From: Bigelowiella natans CCMP2755
Taxonomy: Eukaryota > Protista > Cercozoa
Length of the DNA stretch: 64,000 bases
Reading direction: 5' to 3'
Assembly: GCA_000320545.1 (NCBI GenBank)
Contig: ADNK01002144.1
Coordinates: 1-64,000, forward strand
The notes beneath the pieces were generated by a model. That model was given only the letters and a program-made list of their open reading frames with translations, made no database searches and was not told the origin of the DNA. Shown one piece after another: positions 43,424-56,167 of the stretch (its first letter is position 1; the number at the start of each line of letters is the position of its first letter). The translations under genes and the position numbers were made by a program.

Positions 43424-44725
43424 AACTTCTTTCTTGTACAACAAGTGCACGAACCTCGAATTATCCCTTGCAGCCAAAATTATACAATTTTCAATTTCAT
43501 CCAATCAAAAATATTTGACTTGCTTTAAAATCATCATAGTGATTTTTCTTGCGATTAGTAGCCCTGTGTGTGCACAAATGCGGACGCTGTGGCCTATCTA
43601 GCTATGCATATGAGCATGCTGTGCTGAATAGCATGCTGTGCAATTTGGACACACCGTGCTGCGCGATGCTCACAACTAACTAGCTAGCTCAGTAGCTGGC
43701 GCGTGCGCCTATTTTGCCTATTGAATACTCGACGAGCGTGTCCTATCTCTGGCACGGTACTGCATGCTATGAAACGGGCGGGTGCAATGAATATTTTATT
43801 AATAAGTTTGAATTTTTCAATTGTCATCCTAATTAGCTAATGCATAGCTGTGCAAAGCCGCGCTAGCGCGGCTACAGCGCTTATACGTTGCATGAACTGA
43901 TTTGTTTGTGTCTGTGTTGTGTCTGCCAGGCTAGCACGATGTCAAGATGCCTGCTATATGCATGTCATGTGCATGGCATTATTATCATTATCAACGATTG
44001 TTGGTTGTGTATGATGCATGCATACATGCTCATTACGTACACACGTTATATTCGGCCCCTTTTAGCCTTGCGCATGCTAGCATGCCTCGCACGCACATAC
44101 CTGCGATGCGATGCGCAGCGTCGAGCGGGACCCTGCGCCAAATGCACGCCATCTGCTACGATACGTAGAGCCTATGCGCTACTTTAATGCTTGAATTTCT
44201 AGGCCAGCTAGCCACAAGCATGGGCACATGTACGAGTCTAGCAGACAATTTACAGCCTATGCAATTCCGCGACAGCGACAAGTTACGATGTGCCTAGCAG
44301 CTAGCTAGGATACGGCTATGTTGCTTACACGAGCGATCGATGGCGCAGCATTACAATAGCTATAAAATGTGGAGGTTGCAGCGCATCACATTATCTAGTC
44401 GTGCATGTCGCTAAATAAAGCCCCCCGCGGGCATGCACCTGTAGCCTCATGAGGGCATGCAATGCAGTGTGGCCATGCTCTGGCGGGAACAAAACACCTG
44501 GACACTTCTGCCATATAAGCACTAGCTAGCAGAGACTGTATATACACCTTACGCTGTTTTGATGCAGCCAAGATAAAGACATGTCCCATAATTGAATCCC
44601 GTTTGATTATTGCATTAAAAGACAAGTGAATCCATGAACACAAGTAGATAGCCTCTGCAACGTTCGAGCATTTATTCGTAGAATATTTTGACCGAGATCA
44701 GTGTGGCGCACCGTCATTGCATCTC

Positions 44726-46881
44726 TTAAAACAAATTACATATGCTGGAAGATATGTATTCTAATATGCCGAAAATAAAAAATAGAAGTGGCAGCTCGTA
44801 CACCAATTCCCATGCCAGCATGGAGTAAGTGATGGCCATTTTCTCTCCTGCGTTTGCTGCATACGCTGCCTCAACGGTAACTAGCACAGTCATAGGGACG
44901 ATAATGAGAGCCTGAAACAGTATTCCATTAGCATGACAGCGAAACAAAGTTATAATTGAAGTATATTGGCCTATCGTTGCGCAACGTTGCTAGGGATGAA
45001 CATCCACAACGTGTAAAAATAATATGCAAAATTCATGTGTGGTATCACACTCCTAAAATGTGTCAAGCAAAGAAGTAGTAATTCAATGAATATCGACCTG
45101 GACCCCACAATAAATCGAGATGGCGAGTTTCTTTTCCATACAAGAATAGGCCCTAATTGTTTGAGGAAGCGCAGCACGCACAAAACAAGCACAACGAATG
45201 CCCGAACCATCAAGAGCTTATTCTTATGCCGTGCATGAATGGAATATACAATATAATATGATATACAGTGTACGAAGTCTCATTAAAGATTACTATTTCA
45301 TATTACCATGCAAATAGGGGCATTATAATAAGCTGAATCAGAAACATTGCTGGAATGATGCAAGCTGGTATCCTTTAAACAAACCAATGTAGAACACATA
45401 TTCATATTCAGCGACGCAAATCTACCAATTTGTGTATGTATGACAAATTGAATTTAATATAAACATGAACATATTTAAGTGTAACAAAATAATTTTCACC
45501 AGAGTTCAGCGTAGTAGTAGTCCTGAGGAGCCACACCAACGTAGCAACTTGAAGCGGAATTCTGATGGGAAAATCCGAAATATAAAATTTCTACAAACTA
45601 CGCAAATATACATTTAGAGGGTACATTTCCCGCCTCTGAGAAGTCCTTCAAGTGTAAGTCGAAGATGGTTGAAACGATAGACAGCATTATTACTCCTAAA
45701 ATTGCGGGTTGTGGTCGTCTAAATCAGTAAAAGATTCATTAACGAACGAAGAGGAGAATGAAGTGGAAAGAAGTGATGAGAGTTGCAGTGTAAGTGAGAG
45801 AAAAGAGCTATCAGACAAAGAAGATATCTACACCTAATAAGAGATTCAGTAGAGTTTGGAAAGCGAGTGTTGCCCATGCTGGTGAATCCATTTCTTTTTC
45901 TATAAAGCTCCACACAGCCAATATGATGCCAAATATCATTGCGAAACCTAATTGCATTTTATTTTTTCGAGATGTAAAGGGAATTGAAAACATTTGTAAG
46001 CAAATTGATTTGAAACTATGATCAGTATTGCGTGGATATCATTAGCAATGAGGAAACAAAACAGACTGAATATATTCTATTACAACCCATGACGAGTCCC
46101 GTATACACTTCGTAATAATAGACCTGGCTTCGAAAGTATATTCTGAAAAGAATGAGTCATTATTCTTTAAACGCACGATTGGTATTTTCAATTGGAAAAA
46201 GAGTGCTACTACATATGAGGTGTGTATTTGTTCCATGCACATATTATTTGCCTCCCTACATATGCATAATCGTTATTACCCTTCATATCGTCCCATGGAT
46301 CCTCGAGTGTCATAATAAAATAGGTGAAAGCCTAATAGATTCACTCTGTCGTCCGCAACTCCATATTTGTAGACGCATCTGAATAATGAGGAGAAGAGAT
46401 CTGACACCTGTTGAGTACAAATCATCGATGGAATACACTAATTCTGTACTTTCCGAACTCAAAGAAATGTTGAGGATTCTCTTTTGCTTGAACTTTGCAT
46501 GCCTAGATACAAAGGAAAATTAGTAAGAGTAATAGCGGATCTCAGGAGACAGAGTTTTGTTGGGGGAACGTGTATTTTGCATCACCTCGCATATCTCTTT
46601 AGACGAATAGTGGTCTTGTATCGCATCTTGACGCTAAAAATATGCATCTGTTTTATTTAATCCTCCTCCTTAGTTACTTCTAAGTTTATACTCAACCTTT
46701 CCTGCTTCCATGTTCAGAAACGTGAAAAGTATTATCTATGTAGAAGAAGCAGCAAAATTTCAGCGTATGTCTTACTCAAACCCAATTAGCTACTTACGAT
46801 TCTGACAACATTTGCAACTGCATATGGTAATGATAGCGTTGGCCATAGCCTGAAGGTGATTGGAACATCCTCATCCTCCAT
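44726..46881 (-). CDS. Uncharacterised multi-pass membrane protein; spliced, 5' structure uncertain
   Basis: Several hydrophobic exons: LGFAMIFGIILAVWSF, LAFQTLLNLLLGVDIFFV, IPACIIPAMFLIQLIIMPLFAW, VRAFVVLVLCVLRF and LVYELPLLFFIFGILEY. Confidence 0.55.
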
Positions 46882-46954
46882 CAGCGCACGCTTGCTCGAT
46901 TTGTACAATTATTCAAAAAATTCAAATTCTCAGCATCTTTTTGTACGCGCCTAT

Positions 46955-47113
46955 ACCAGGTAGTAACGGGTGGTACATTCATCATCCGACAGTACCACAG
47001 AACACCATGTATCAGGAGGAATAACCAGGTAGTAACGGGTAGTACATTCATCATCCGACAGTACCACAGAACACCATGTGTCAGGAGGAATAACCAGGTA
47101 GTAACGGGTAGTA
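46955..47113. repeat. 69-bp tandem repeat, 2.3 copies, in a divergent intergenic region
   Basis: Units begin accaggtagtaacgggt at 46955, 47024 and 47093. The two full copies differ at 2 positions. Confidence 0.95.
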
Positions 47114-47353
47114 ACTGGTGGTAAATTACCAACGATTTTGGTGCTCTCTCCTCTCCTCCGCCCGTGAACAGAACCAGGTAGCTTCAAGCATCAAGCTTCC
47201 GAAGAGAAGGAGGAAGAGGGGGGAGGAGGAGGAGGAGGACGATTCGGAGATCAAGCGGCGGCCCGTATACGAAGCAACCAGCATCAGGAAGGAAGGACCA
47301 CAAGGAAGCTGGCGGCGGACACTCCTAGAAACAGAACCCGAACCCTACTGCTA

Positions 47354-48617
47354 ATGGCAATTGTGCTGGGGACGTGTGCATCACCACCAAAAATCGAAAA
47401 GGCAGAAATCAGATGCGCCCTGGATCGTTGGGTCTCAAAGGTTTGATCATGAAAAGCGAAAGCGGTGTGACTGCATGATGATCTCTGAAGATTCCTCATT
47501 GGTAATGTTTTTAGGTTGTCGTCGTTACAACAATAATTTTCTTACTCCGGACATTGATAAATCCGTATCCCTCCCATGCGAGCACTTGTTACAAGCGCCA
47601 TCTAAAGTATGAAAACACCTGGAGAAGGAGGGAACCGAAAATCACAAAGATAAGGGGGGGCTGTTTCGAGGCTGCCCCCCCTCTTCTTCCTCCCTCGTCG
47701 ACTGAGATGGGGGAGACTACTACAGCCCACAGCGATTGCGATGATCCAATGGTCGCAGAAATATGTTGCGAAGCTCCAGACAAAGAGGAAGGATGGAGCT
47801 CCTGTGGTACTATAGAATTTAAGCGCTAGCTGATTGACAATATGACAACTACAAAACGGCATCATCGCTTTGTGCACCGAGAACTGACTGCTGTGGTCTT
47901 TAAGTAGTTCGAAGACGGGGTGTTATGCAACCCTTTCCCTTCATTCTTTTTGATAGATAGTAGTTTTGAAGGAGTAAGGATAAACTTGTTTTGAAAACAA
48001 CTGTGTGTCAATATACTCTGATGTAGGAGAATCGTCTATGTCGGATATGGTGAAACATCTAGAGGAAAGCACGGTTATTATTGTTTATTATTATTATTAT
48101 TGTTGTTGTTATTTGTAAGACACAGTCTCTTGAACATACGCACTGTTGGCTGCTGCTACGTTTTCTTCATCCATTAACGCAAGAGCATAATGAATAATAG
48201 GCAGAAAAACTGGGCGGTGGAACACCACGTTCTCAATCATCGCCATCAATTCTTGACAATTTGATTATGGCACACCGAGAAAAGGTTTTCTGAATAAATC
48301 GTTTCCTCAAAATAACCAACCCATATTCTCATTGCACTTTAAATGTATTTTGCAACTTTGATAATAGCGAGTAGAGGGTCTGTTAAAGAATGCTTCAACC
48401 GTGAAGAAGGAAAGAGTCAGGATATACGCCGGATCTAGTGATGTAATATAACATGATGGATTGAATGAAAATACTCAGTAGCATGAGCGGGATCAATAAC
48501 CAGCAGTATAGTTGCTAAGTAAAGTAGAGGTTTGCATCGGATTGATGATTGCAGGGAATAAGTATGTAGCTAGGGGTTGTTGCGGTAGGTGAGATCGTAC
48601 TGCTAGTAGCAGTAGTA

Positions 48618-48657
<40 letters not shown>

Positions 48658-50067
48658 GAGGAGGAGGAGGAGGAGAGATACGATATTGTTCAAATAATGT
48701 ATTACTTACATACTAGGGCGAAACTGGAAGCTTGATACTCACATATCTGACAGATTCTTTTTATTTTGAACATAGTTTTCAGATACAGGATCATCTACAA
48801 GAGATTTAGTCGAAGAATGCAAGGAGCATATGCTATCACCCGGTTGTAAGTAGTACCAGCGAGTAGTACTGATAGTATCCCAAATGTATTCTCAGAAGAC
48901 AAATAGTCGATAGCGTGCAATAATAGAGACTCTTGGCCGACAACGGGGCCTAGTCGCCATCATTAGTGTTGCGGTGTTAAGTTACTGGAAGCTTCTTATT
49001 AATACTACGTGCTTTTGTAGACTATCAGAAGATGCTACAAAAAACAAACAACTGTTCTTCGCAGGTAGTGTTGCTGGCCTGATCACTATACTTGTATTTC
49101 CGATGATGATGATGATGATTATTATTATTATTATTATTGTTATTATTGTTATTATTATTGCATTCGTTCGGTTCATAATGCATTCTTGATCAGTCGATAT
49201 GTTGGAAGAAGGACCTTTACAATTGAAAACATAATCAGAAATCCTTGGCCTACCGTCACCTACTTGTTTTCTTCCTCTTCTTCTTCTTCTTCTTCTTGAT
49301 ATATCAGGGTGCTGTTTCTTCGTTGTCCGATTTTACAGACGAATTTAGTGGACGCCTTATAATCTCAATGGTAGCAAATACTATACGTGACCATTAGACG
49401 CAAGGAAGAAGAAGAATGAGAAGAATAGACGAATTTGCTGCTCCTGTTGTTATTACACGTACTTATTGCATTTTTAATCAAAGTGAAATCTCTTTGTAGA
49501 TTTCACGGCATGCTATCACATTTGTCCATGATTCATGCATGATATTTAGTCTACCACAAAATAGTAATAGTAGTAGTATCAGCAGTAGCATCAATGTGGA
49601 TTAGGAGGGATAATGATAATCCACTACCACTACTACTACTACTACTACCACGAGCATAATGATGATGATGACAATGATGATAGTGGTGATGGTTGATAAT
49701 ACTACGAGAAGGAAAGAGATAATGGATGATGGAGACGTAGTAAATTGGTGCTCCTAAGGACATTTATGCTATGATGACAGAGGAGCGAAGAAGACCGCAG
49801 TGATTCTCTGTTTCGCTCAATAGCAAGGAATGTCTACGGCGATGACATCTACGGTTTGCTCTTACCACTGCTCCGGATACATCATTAGCTAGTAGCATCC
49901 TCACACTCTTCATTGTGTTAGAAATTAAGCATCATCATCATCATCGTCATCATCACCAACTACACTGAGGATGTATTTGTTCGTCCGAATCAGCAAACAA
50001 TGTCCGTATTCGGATATGTGATTGGTAATTGACATGTCATCTGCAGCATCACTCAAAACCTGCCTCT

Positions 50068-50104
<37 letters not shown>

Positions 50105-50262
50105 CACTACTACTACTACGCACATTTGTGAGTTGACTTCATCACTTCTTCGTTTTCCTCCACCAACTGTCCTCCTGTTTGCTGTCAACCACGGAGTGAG
50201 TGGTGGTTTCTAACGATGATGATTAATGATGATTATGGTTTTGAGTCTCATTTCTTCTTCTT

Positions 50263-50294
<32 letters not shown>

Positions 50295-51586
50295 GGATTG
50301 ATAATGGCAAGTTGAGATTAGTGGGGGGTACAACTAACAGCATGGCCGTTGTTAACTTTAGGATGAGCACATATTTGCTGCCAGACTCTGCAATGTATAG
50401 ACAGCAAACGGCGGGTTTATCCGAGTCAATATACAGGTAGTGGTAGCAGTAAGTAGGCCGCACTACTTTATCAATAGTGCTGTATGATGATGAAGGAAGA
50501 AACCTCCTGTTGTAAGGAATGGGGAGAGAGAGGAGGGAGAGGAGGGAGAGAAGAAGAAGAAGAAGAAGAAGAAGAAGAACCTCACTTAAATATCTGGTTC
50601 ACCACATTCAGCACACTTAATACTGACATGTATTACATGCTCCCGGCTTCTTGTTTCCTTTCTTTGATGGACGTACATGCGCACCAACAGGGATTGGATT
50701 TGGCGCATCTACAAGCCTTTCCTTCATAACAACTGGACACTACCTGTCGAAATTGCTGCTGCTGCTTTTTCCGGATCATCATCATCATCACCATCATCAA
50801 TAAAAGCAGAAGAGAAATCATCATCTTTAGAACCATTACGCAATTATATCCGTGATCTCAGGAAGCTACCATCGATAGGAAGACATAGCGTGCTACCATC
50901 AACATCAACATCATCATCTTCAGCAGCAGCAGCAACAACGACGGCAGCGCGTCGTTCTTCTTCTTCTTCTTCTTCTTCTTCTTCTTCTTCCTCTTATCTT
51001 GATGGGGGTTATTTAGAAGCTGTGGTGTCGCAGTACTGTTTTCAAACGAACATGTAAGTAAAGGCACTTATCATCACCAAGAAACAAATAACAACAGCTA
51101 CAGCTGTTGTTTCTCAGCAAGAGTATGGAGACCAACGACGACCGATAATATCATTTTCACACAATGATAGTAGCGATGGTGATAATGATGGTGATGACAA
51201 TTTTGTGGAATGTTTAGATGCCTCTTCCTGATATCATTATGATAATAGTAAAAATAATAATTATTATAATTATGTATCATCAGGCACATCTGGAGCGGTT
51301 CTAACTGCCTACTTGAAGGTCTATATCGCCGATGCCCATGCATACACGACGCACACATGACTGCTATAGCCTTACGAGAGGAAGGAGGAAACCAACAACA
51401 GCAGCAACAACAACCAAGAAAATGGAGGGGGGGAAGGGGCAATGTGTTGGATGAGCGAGAAGGGGGTCCACAGATTAAGCTTGGAATGCTTTCTCTCAAC
51501 TTACTGAGCATGCTTTACAATGTGTTCTTTGAGCTGAAGTTGGATACTACCTCACGCAGAAGCGTAGGATCATTATACACATTTGC

Positions 51587-51623
<37 letters not shown>

Positions 51624-52271
51624 GTCGTTTGGTGCGGTTTGAGTAGTATCTACTGCATGTTATTGTATTCCCATCTCAGCGACGAAGAGACCATTAGTTG
51701 TTCGAGTCAAGGCAAAGAAAGAGTAGTAGTAGTAGCAGTAGGAGTAGTAGTCCCCTTCCCAACTTAATTTCACTTGGTTGCTAGCTTTAAAGCTCGTACT
51801 GAACGAATAATCCCACTTAGCCCCCCCCGCCCAACACGGTTGTGACGTTTTGGTGATGAAGTATTGCTACTCCATGACATTCACTGAATATATTGGTTGG
51901 TTGCATCTGGTGGTGGTGATTATTCTAGTGAGTACGGACTTCATCGCAGGTTGGACGGTACATGGAACCCAGGTAGTAGAACGAATGCTTAAGACTACGA
52001 GGATGTTTAATGCGAAAGGAATCAAAGAAAAGGCTGTTATAATACGGATATGAGTATATCCCCTCAGCGTATTCCAACTGACGTGTGTAGTAGTAGTAGT
52101 GGTGTGGTAGAAGTTACAAAAACCTGCACGAGTCCCATTGTGTGTTGTTGCTTTTGCCGTAGTACTTCCTCGTATTGAAAGATTTTGCTGGAGGAATGAT
52201 GATAAGCTGGTAGGTATTAGAGGTGCTGCGGTAGTATTAGTAGTAGTTGTAGTAGTAGTAGTGGTCGTGTT

Positions 52272-52305
<34 letters not shown>

Positions 52306-53013
52306 GGATGATGAGGATGATGAGGATGATGATGAGGCTGCTTTCGTGGTTCTTGCTCTCCTGAGTCATGCTTACATATTTTTCATCTTTGTCCAGGATC
52401 GTTCGATGCGCATGAAGCCTACCAAACGTCGTGAATTGGGATCGAAACCAAGAAAGAGCTGTGCCGATAATTTGGTGATTGCAGTCATATTTAGCCATGT
52501 ATTTCTAATAAAAATGATGATGAGGTAGTGTCGGTGAGCTCCTGCTTACTACTGGTATTTGTTGTCAGGTTGTAGGATCTTCCGACTTGGAATCAACGGA
52601 CGACATGTTCCACACGTGAGGAGTCAACAAAACGTGCATCATCGTACAAAGCGCTACTTTCATAGATTGTTATAGGCGAAGAAAGGGGGTTGCGGATAGC
52701 GTGCTGCTCATTTTGAATTCTTACAAACATCATTTCGTCCTCCGCCTCACCATATTTGTCCATCCATCACAGGCCACCTGGTCAGACCGTTGTACAGCTC
52801 GCAGAAGGCGAAGCTTCTATTCCTTGCATGAATTGCGGATTCAATATGACATCTGTTGAAATCGCGAGTAGCACTCAAGCTGGAGAAGGCCCCTATACAA
52901 ATTGGACGCGAGACGTTCAAGAAAGGGGATATTCTATTTTGCGGTGTGAAATGTGCGGCACCGCACACCAGGAGTACCAAGGCCAACCAGCGCATAATTT
53001 CTTTCGCAAATGA
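47354..53013 (+). CDS. OTU-like (probably inactive) domain protein with N-terminal hydrophobic segment and C-terminal CxxC-CxxC zinc ribbon; 5' exons tentative
   Basis: Phase-consistent splicing gives DRSDSLFRSIARNVYGDDIY|DSAMYRQQTAGLSESIYR|DWIWRIYKPFL..LRNYIRDLRK..DGGYLEAVVSQYCFQTNM|HIW. The last exon has CMNC..CEMC. Confidence 0.6.
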
Positions 53014-55271
53014 AAGCGAAGCCATTGCAACTTGCGTGTATGTTTTGTGCGTTTGGGACGTCGTGGTTATTGTAAACATGTTAATTCACGTTTAGATGAG
53101 TGCTAGCACCGCTGTAATTGGGTCCCATTATGGTGCATGATAGCTGCTATTAATGTAATGACTTGTACCACGTGTGCAAAGCGACAGATTGCCCACCGAG
53201 CAACTATTGCAGCTTATTGCATCAAGACATCTAGACATTGCACGTTGTTCCCTTTATATCATATTGTCGAGCATGCATTGTACGTCGCCATGTGTGAGTA
53301 GAAAAGTATGAACATAAATTTTAGACGAGAGCACGGCCATACGTCGATGTCGCCAATGCGCTTGCGTGGCGCTGTAATACTGAGGCCTATAATCAGTGTT
53401 AGCTCGCCAAAGTTAATTTTTCTTCACGGATAAACGCTATCCTTAATCATCGGACAATAATCTCAATTTTCACTAATGAATCTTATTAGCATTCGCGCTT
53501 AACTCTTCTTTCGGAACATGCGATACGACTCATCTCATATTATGCATATCAAACTGCTAAGCGCTCCTCGAATTCTAACTTCATTTTGACTCCTCCACGC
53601 TGTTTGCTTGGGTGCCAATAAAGCATCCCATTAGAATAAGCAATCCACCGAAAACCTCATTGCTTGACATCGTCTCTGAGAGTAGAAGAGAGCCAAAAAT
53701 TGCCGCCCACAAAGGTTCGGTGCCTATTATGACGGAACTTTCGCTAGCTGGGACCTGGGAGTAAGGAAAGATAGAATACGTGCTTATTGACTACTGCTGG
53801 CGTGATTTAATAAACAATGCCAGCACCTCTTTCAGAGCAACATTGGTGATATAAACCGTGAGTGCCGTGGACAGTAGCCCCGTATGTAGGAGTGCAATAA
53901 GCGAATCTAAATAATCGGAGAGAGACTGCTCGATATAGAGATGATGGGTGAGAAGAGAGCATATTAACTACTTACATGGTTCTTGCAGAAAGGACAAAGC
54001 AATCGTTTCTTGTCCATTGCCATAGTGCATGCTAATTGCCCATATAAGGGATACGATTGCAGTGACCTGGACCTGATACGCCATTGTATAAGTTTGTGTG
54101 TTTACATAAATTGTGTTTTATTTGAAGTAAGTAGAGATAGATAAACAGCACCTGGATCGCAGAAAGAGCTTTTTCAGACCCTGTTGGCAATCGTCTTAGG
54201 TATTCTTCGATACGTACATATGATATTCCGAAGCTCAACGGTTGGAAGAAGCATATGAGATCGTTGATGTCCTAACAAGCATCATTTCTCAGTGCTACTA
54301 CCATATAACAACAAACGTGAATGGTTGTTTTCCCAACTTACAGGGGGGCCAAGTTGGCTTTCCGGTGAGTACTCCAGAAACGCTATTCCAAAGAGCGAAA
54401 AAAATGCAGCGCTCAGCAATTTCATGGAGATTTTCTTCCCAAACAGAATCTCGATGAGAGGCACCACGATAACCTGGACCCAGATTTTACATGTTAGTCA
54501 AAGAGGATGATTTAAGATAGCGGTATATAGGAAGGAAGAATTGCCTGCAGACTACAAATGAAAGCAGCCTTATTCGAGGAGACGCTCTGCAAAGAGATGG
54601 CTTGGGTCACATATCCGAGAGATATCCAAAGGCCTATCTCAGCGCCAGCTAACCTTACCTCCCTAAATTAACCAAATAAGAAGCATATCTGCGAACCAAT
54701 TCAGTGTTGTTTACAGTCGTCTAGGTAATAATACTTGGTAGTTTCTCGGGAGAATGGAGTAAGGGCCAGCCCAGCGATCAGGAAACGCAATAAACAAACG
54801 ATATCCGGAGTCTGAATATTGGGAAATATAATAACCCTTTTTGTCGTCATCATTATCTTCTTCTTCTTCTTCTTCTTCTTCATCATCATCATTATCATTA
54901 TCATCATCACTGAGTAGTCCTAATTAAAATGCTGCTACTAACCATGTGTCCCTGATTCAGGAGGTATTTGACGCTTGGAAAGTTCGTTCCCCACAGAAGA
55001 GCCACAAGAAGCAGCAGCCCTCTTTGTCTATAGTAGTCCCTACAATTGAAAGCAGCAGCGTGTTGTTTGCAGCAGCAGGCCAACACATTAGGATGGTGAT
55101 GACGATGATGACGGCGGTGGTTCTATAATCATATTTTTTTCTAGAGGCAAGTAGCATTAGTATCACCTTTGAGTGACACTAGTTGACTTATCGAGTTGGT
55201 CTGTTGTCACTAGGTCATCTCCAACTGTTTCCACAGAAGAGATGTTGTCACCAAACTCCGAGTTGTTTGAC

Positions 55272-55308
<37 letters not shown>

Positions 55309-56150
55309 GTGACGATTTGCTGTAAAAGACCCTAAACTTTGGTCTGCTTTGGGTAGTAAGATGAAACGACGTCACGAAGGGGGGAAATTGACTGCTCTCT
55401 TTGAAAAGTGCAGATGGTCCATATTCCGCATTGCGAGATCTTGTAGAACTTTGCAACGTAGAGGAGGAGGAGGAGGAGGAGGAGGAGGAGGAGGAACGCA
55501 TCGAGGGTTGGTGCTCCTTAAGTAGCACTTTCTTATTTAAATATGGTATACTTCCGTCTCCAATGAGAGACTGTATTTGCCCTTTTGATGCAGATACCGT
55601 GCCGTCGCGAGTCAGATCACAAGAAGGCGAAGCAGCTCTTCTCGTTCTAAAACTTGAGATTTGGCTTTTTCTGGAGAGATATCTGTAGGATGGTTTCGCT
55701 AGGAGAAGGGAAAGAGCAATCAGGTTCAAACAACATATCCGAGGAGTATATTGTCTGCAGCAGGTAGGTCCCGGTTCGCCTGCCTTTTTGCGCCAGTCGA
55801 TCATGTTCCTACTCCACCTCCTTCTCCTCTTCCTCCTCCTCCTCTGCTAACATACGTAACCATGGATTATGACGATCAGCGCGGGACAGTAGAGCAATTA
55901 GGTAATATTACCGTATAAAATCGTCCTGGCACTGTTTATTATTAAAAGGGAGCCGTTTTATCCCTACGTCTAAGAACATATCGTTATTTTTTATAAGATA
56001 TCACCGAAGATCTACGCATCGTTACAGCTGGTGGCGGGTGTGTGGTAGTTACTGGTTACCAAGTAGTAACGACAAGCCAACAACACAACAAAGAGGAGGA
56101 GGACGAGAAGGAGGCGGAGAGCAGAGGACGAAGAAGAAGAAGAAGCCAGA
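48070..56150. repeat. Second microsatellite-dense zone (trinucleotide tracts in introns and exons)
   Basis: (AGT)n near 48605-48655, (TTC)n 50252-50290, (GAT)n 52273-52335 and (GAG)n 55461-55495. Confidence 0.9.
53581..55804 (-). CDS. EamA/DMT drug-metabolite transporter with bipartite-type leader
   Basis: LLVALLWGTNFPSVK, LLRFLIAGLAL, LGYVTQAISL..AAFICSL, VVPLIEILFG and IIGTEPLWAAIFGSLLLSE..GGLLILMG. The leader has CCLNLIALSLLLA followed by an R/S-rich stretch. Confidence 0.88.
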
Positions 56151-56167
56151 AAGAAGCTGTTGCCGCT

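Noticed and set aside
46955-47113. Possible CRISPR-like array
   Set aside because: The whole 69-bp unit is repeated with no unique spacers, the context is eukaryotic and there are no cas genes.
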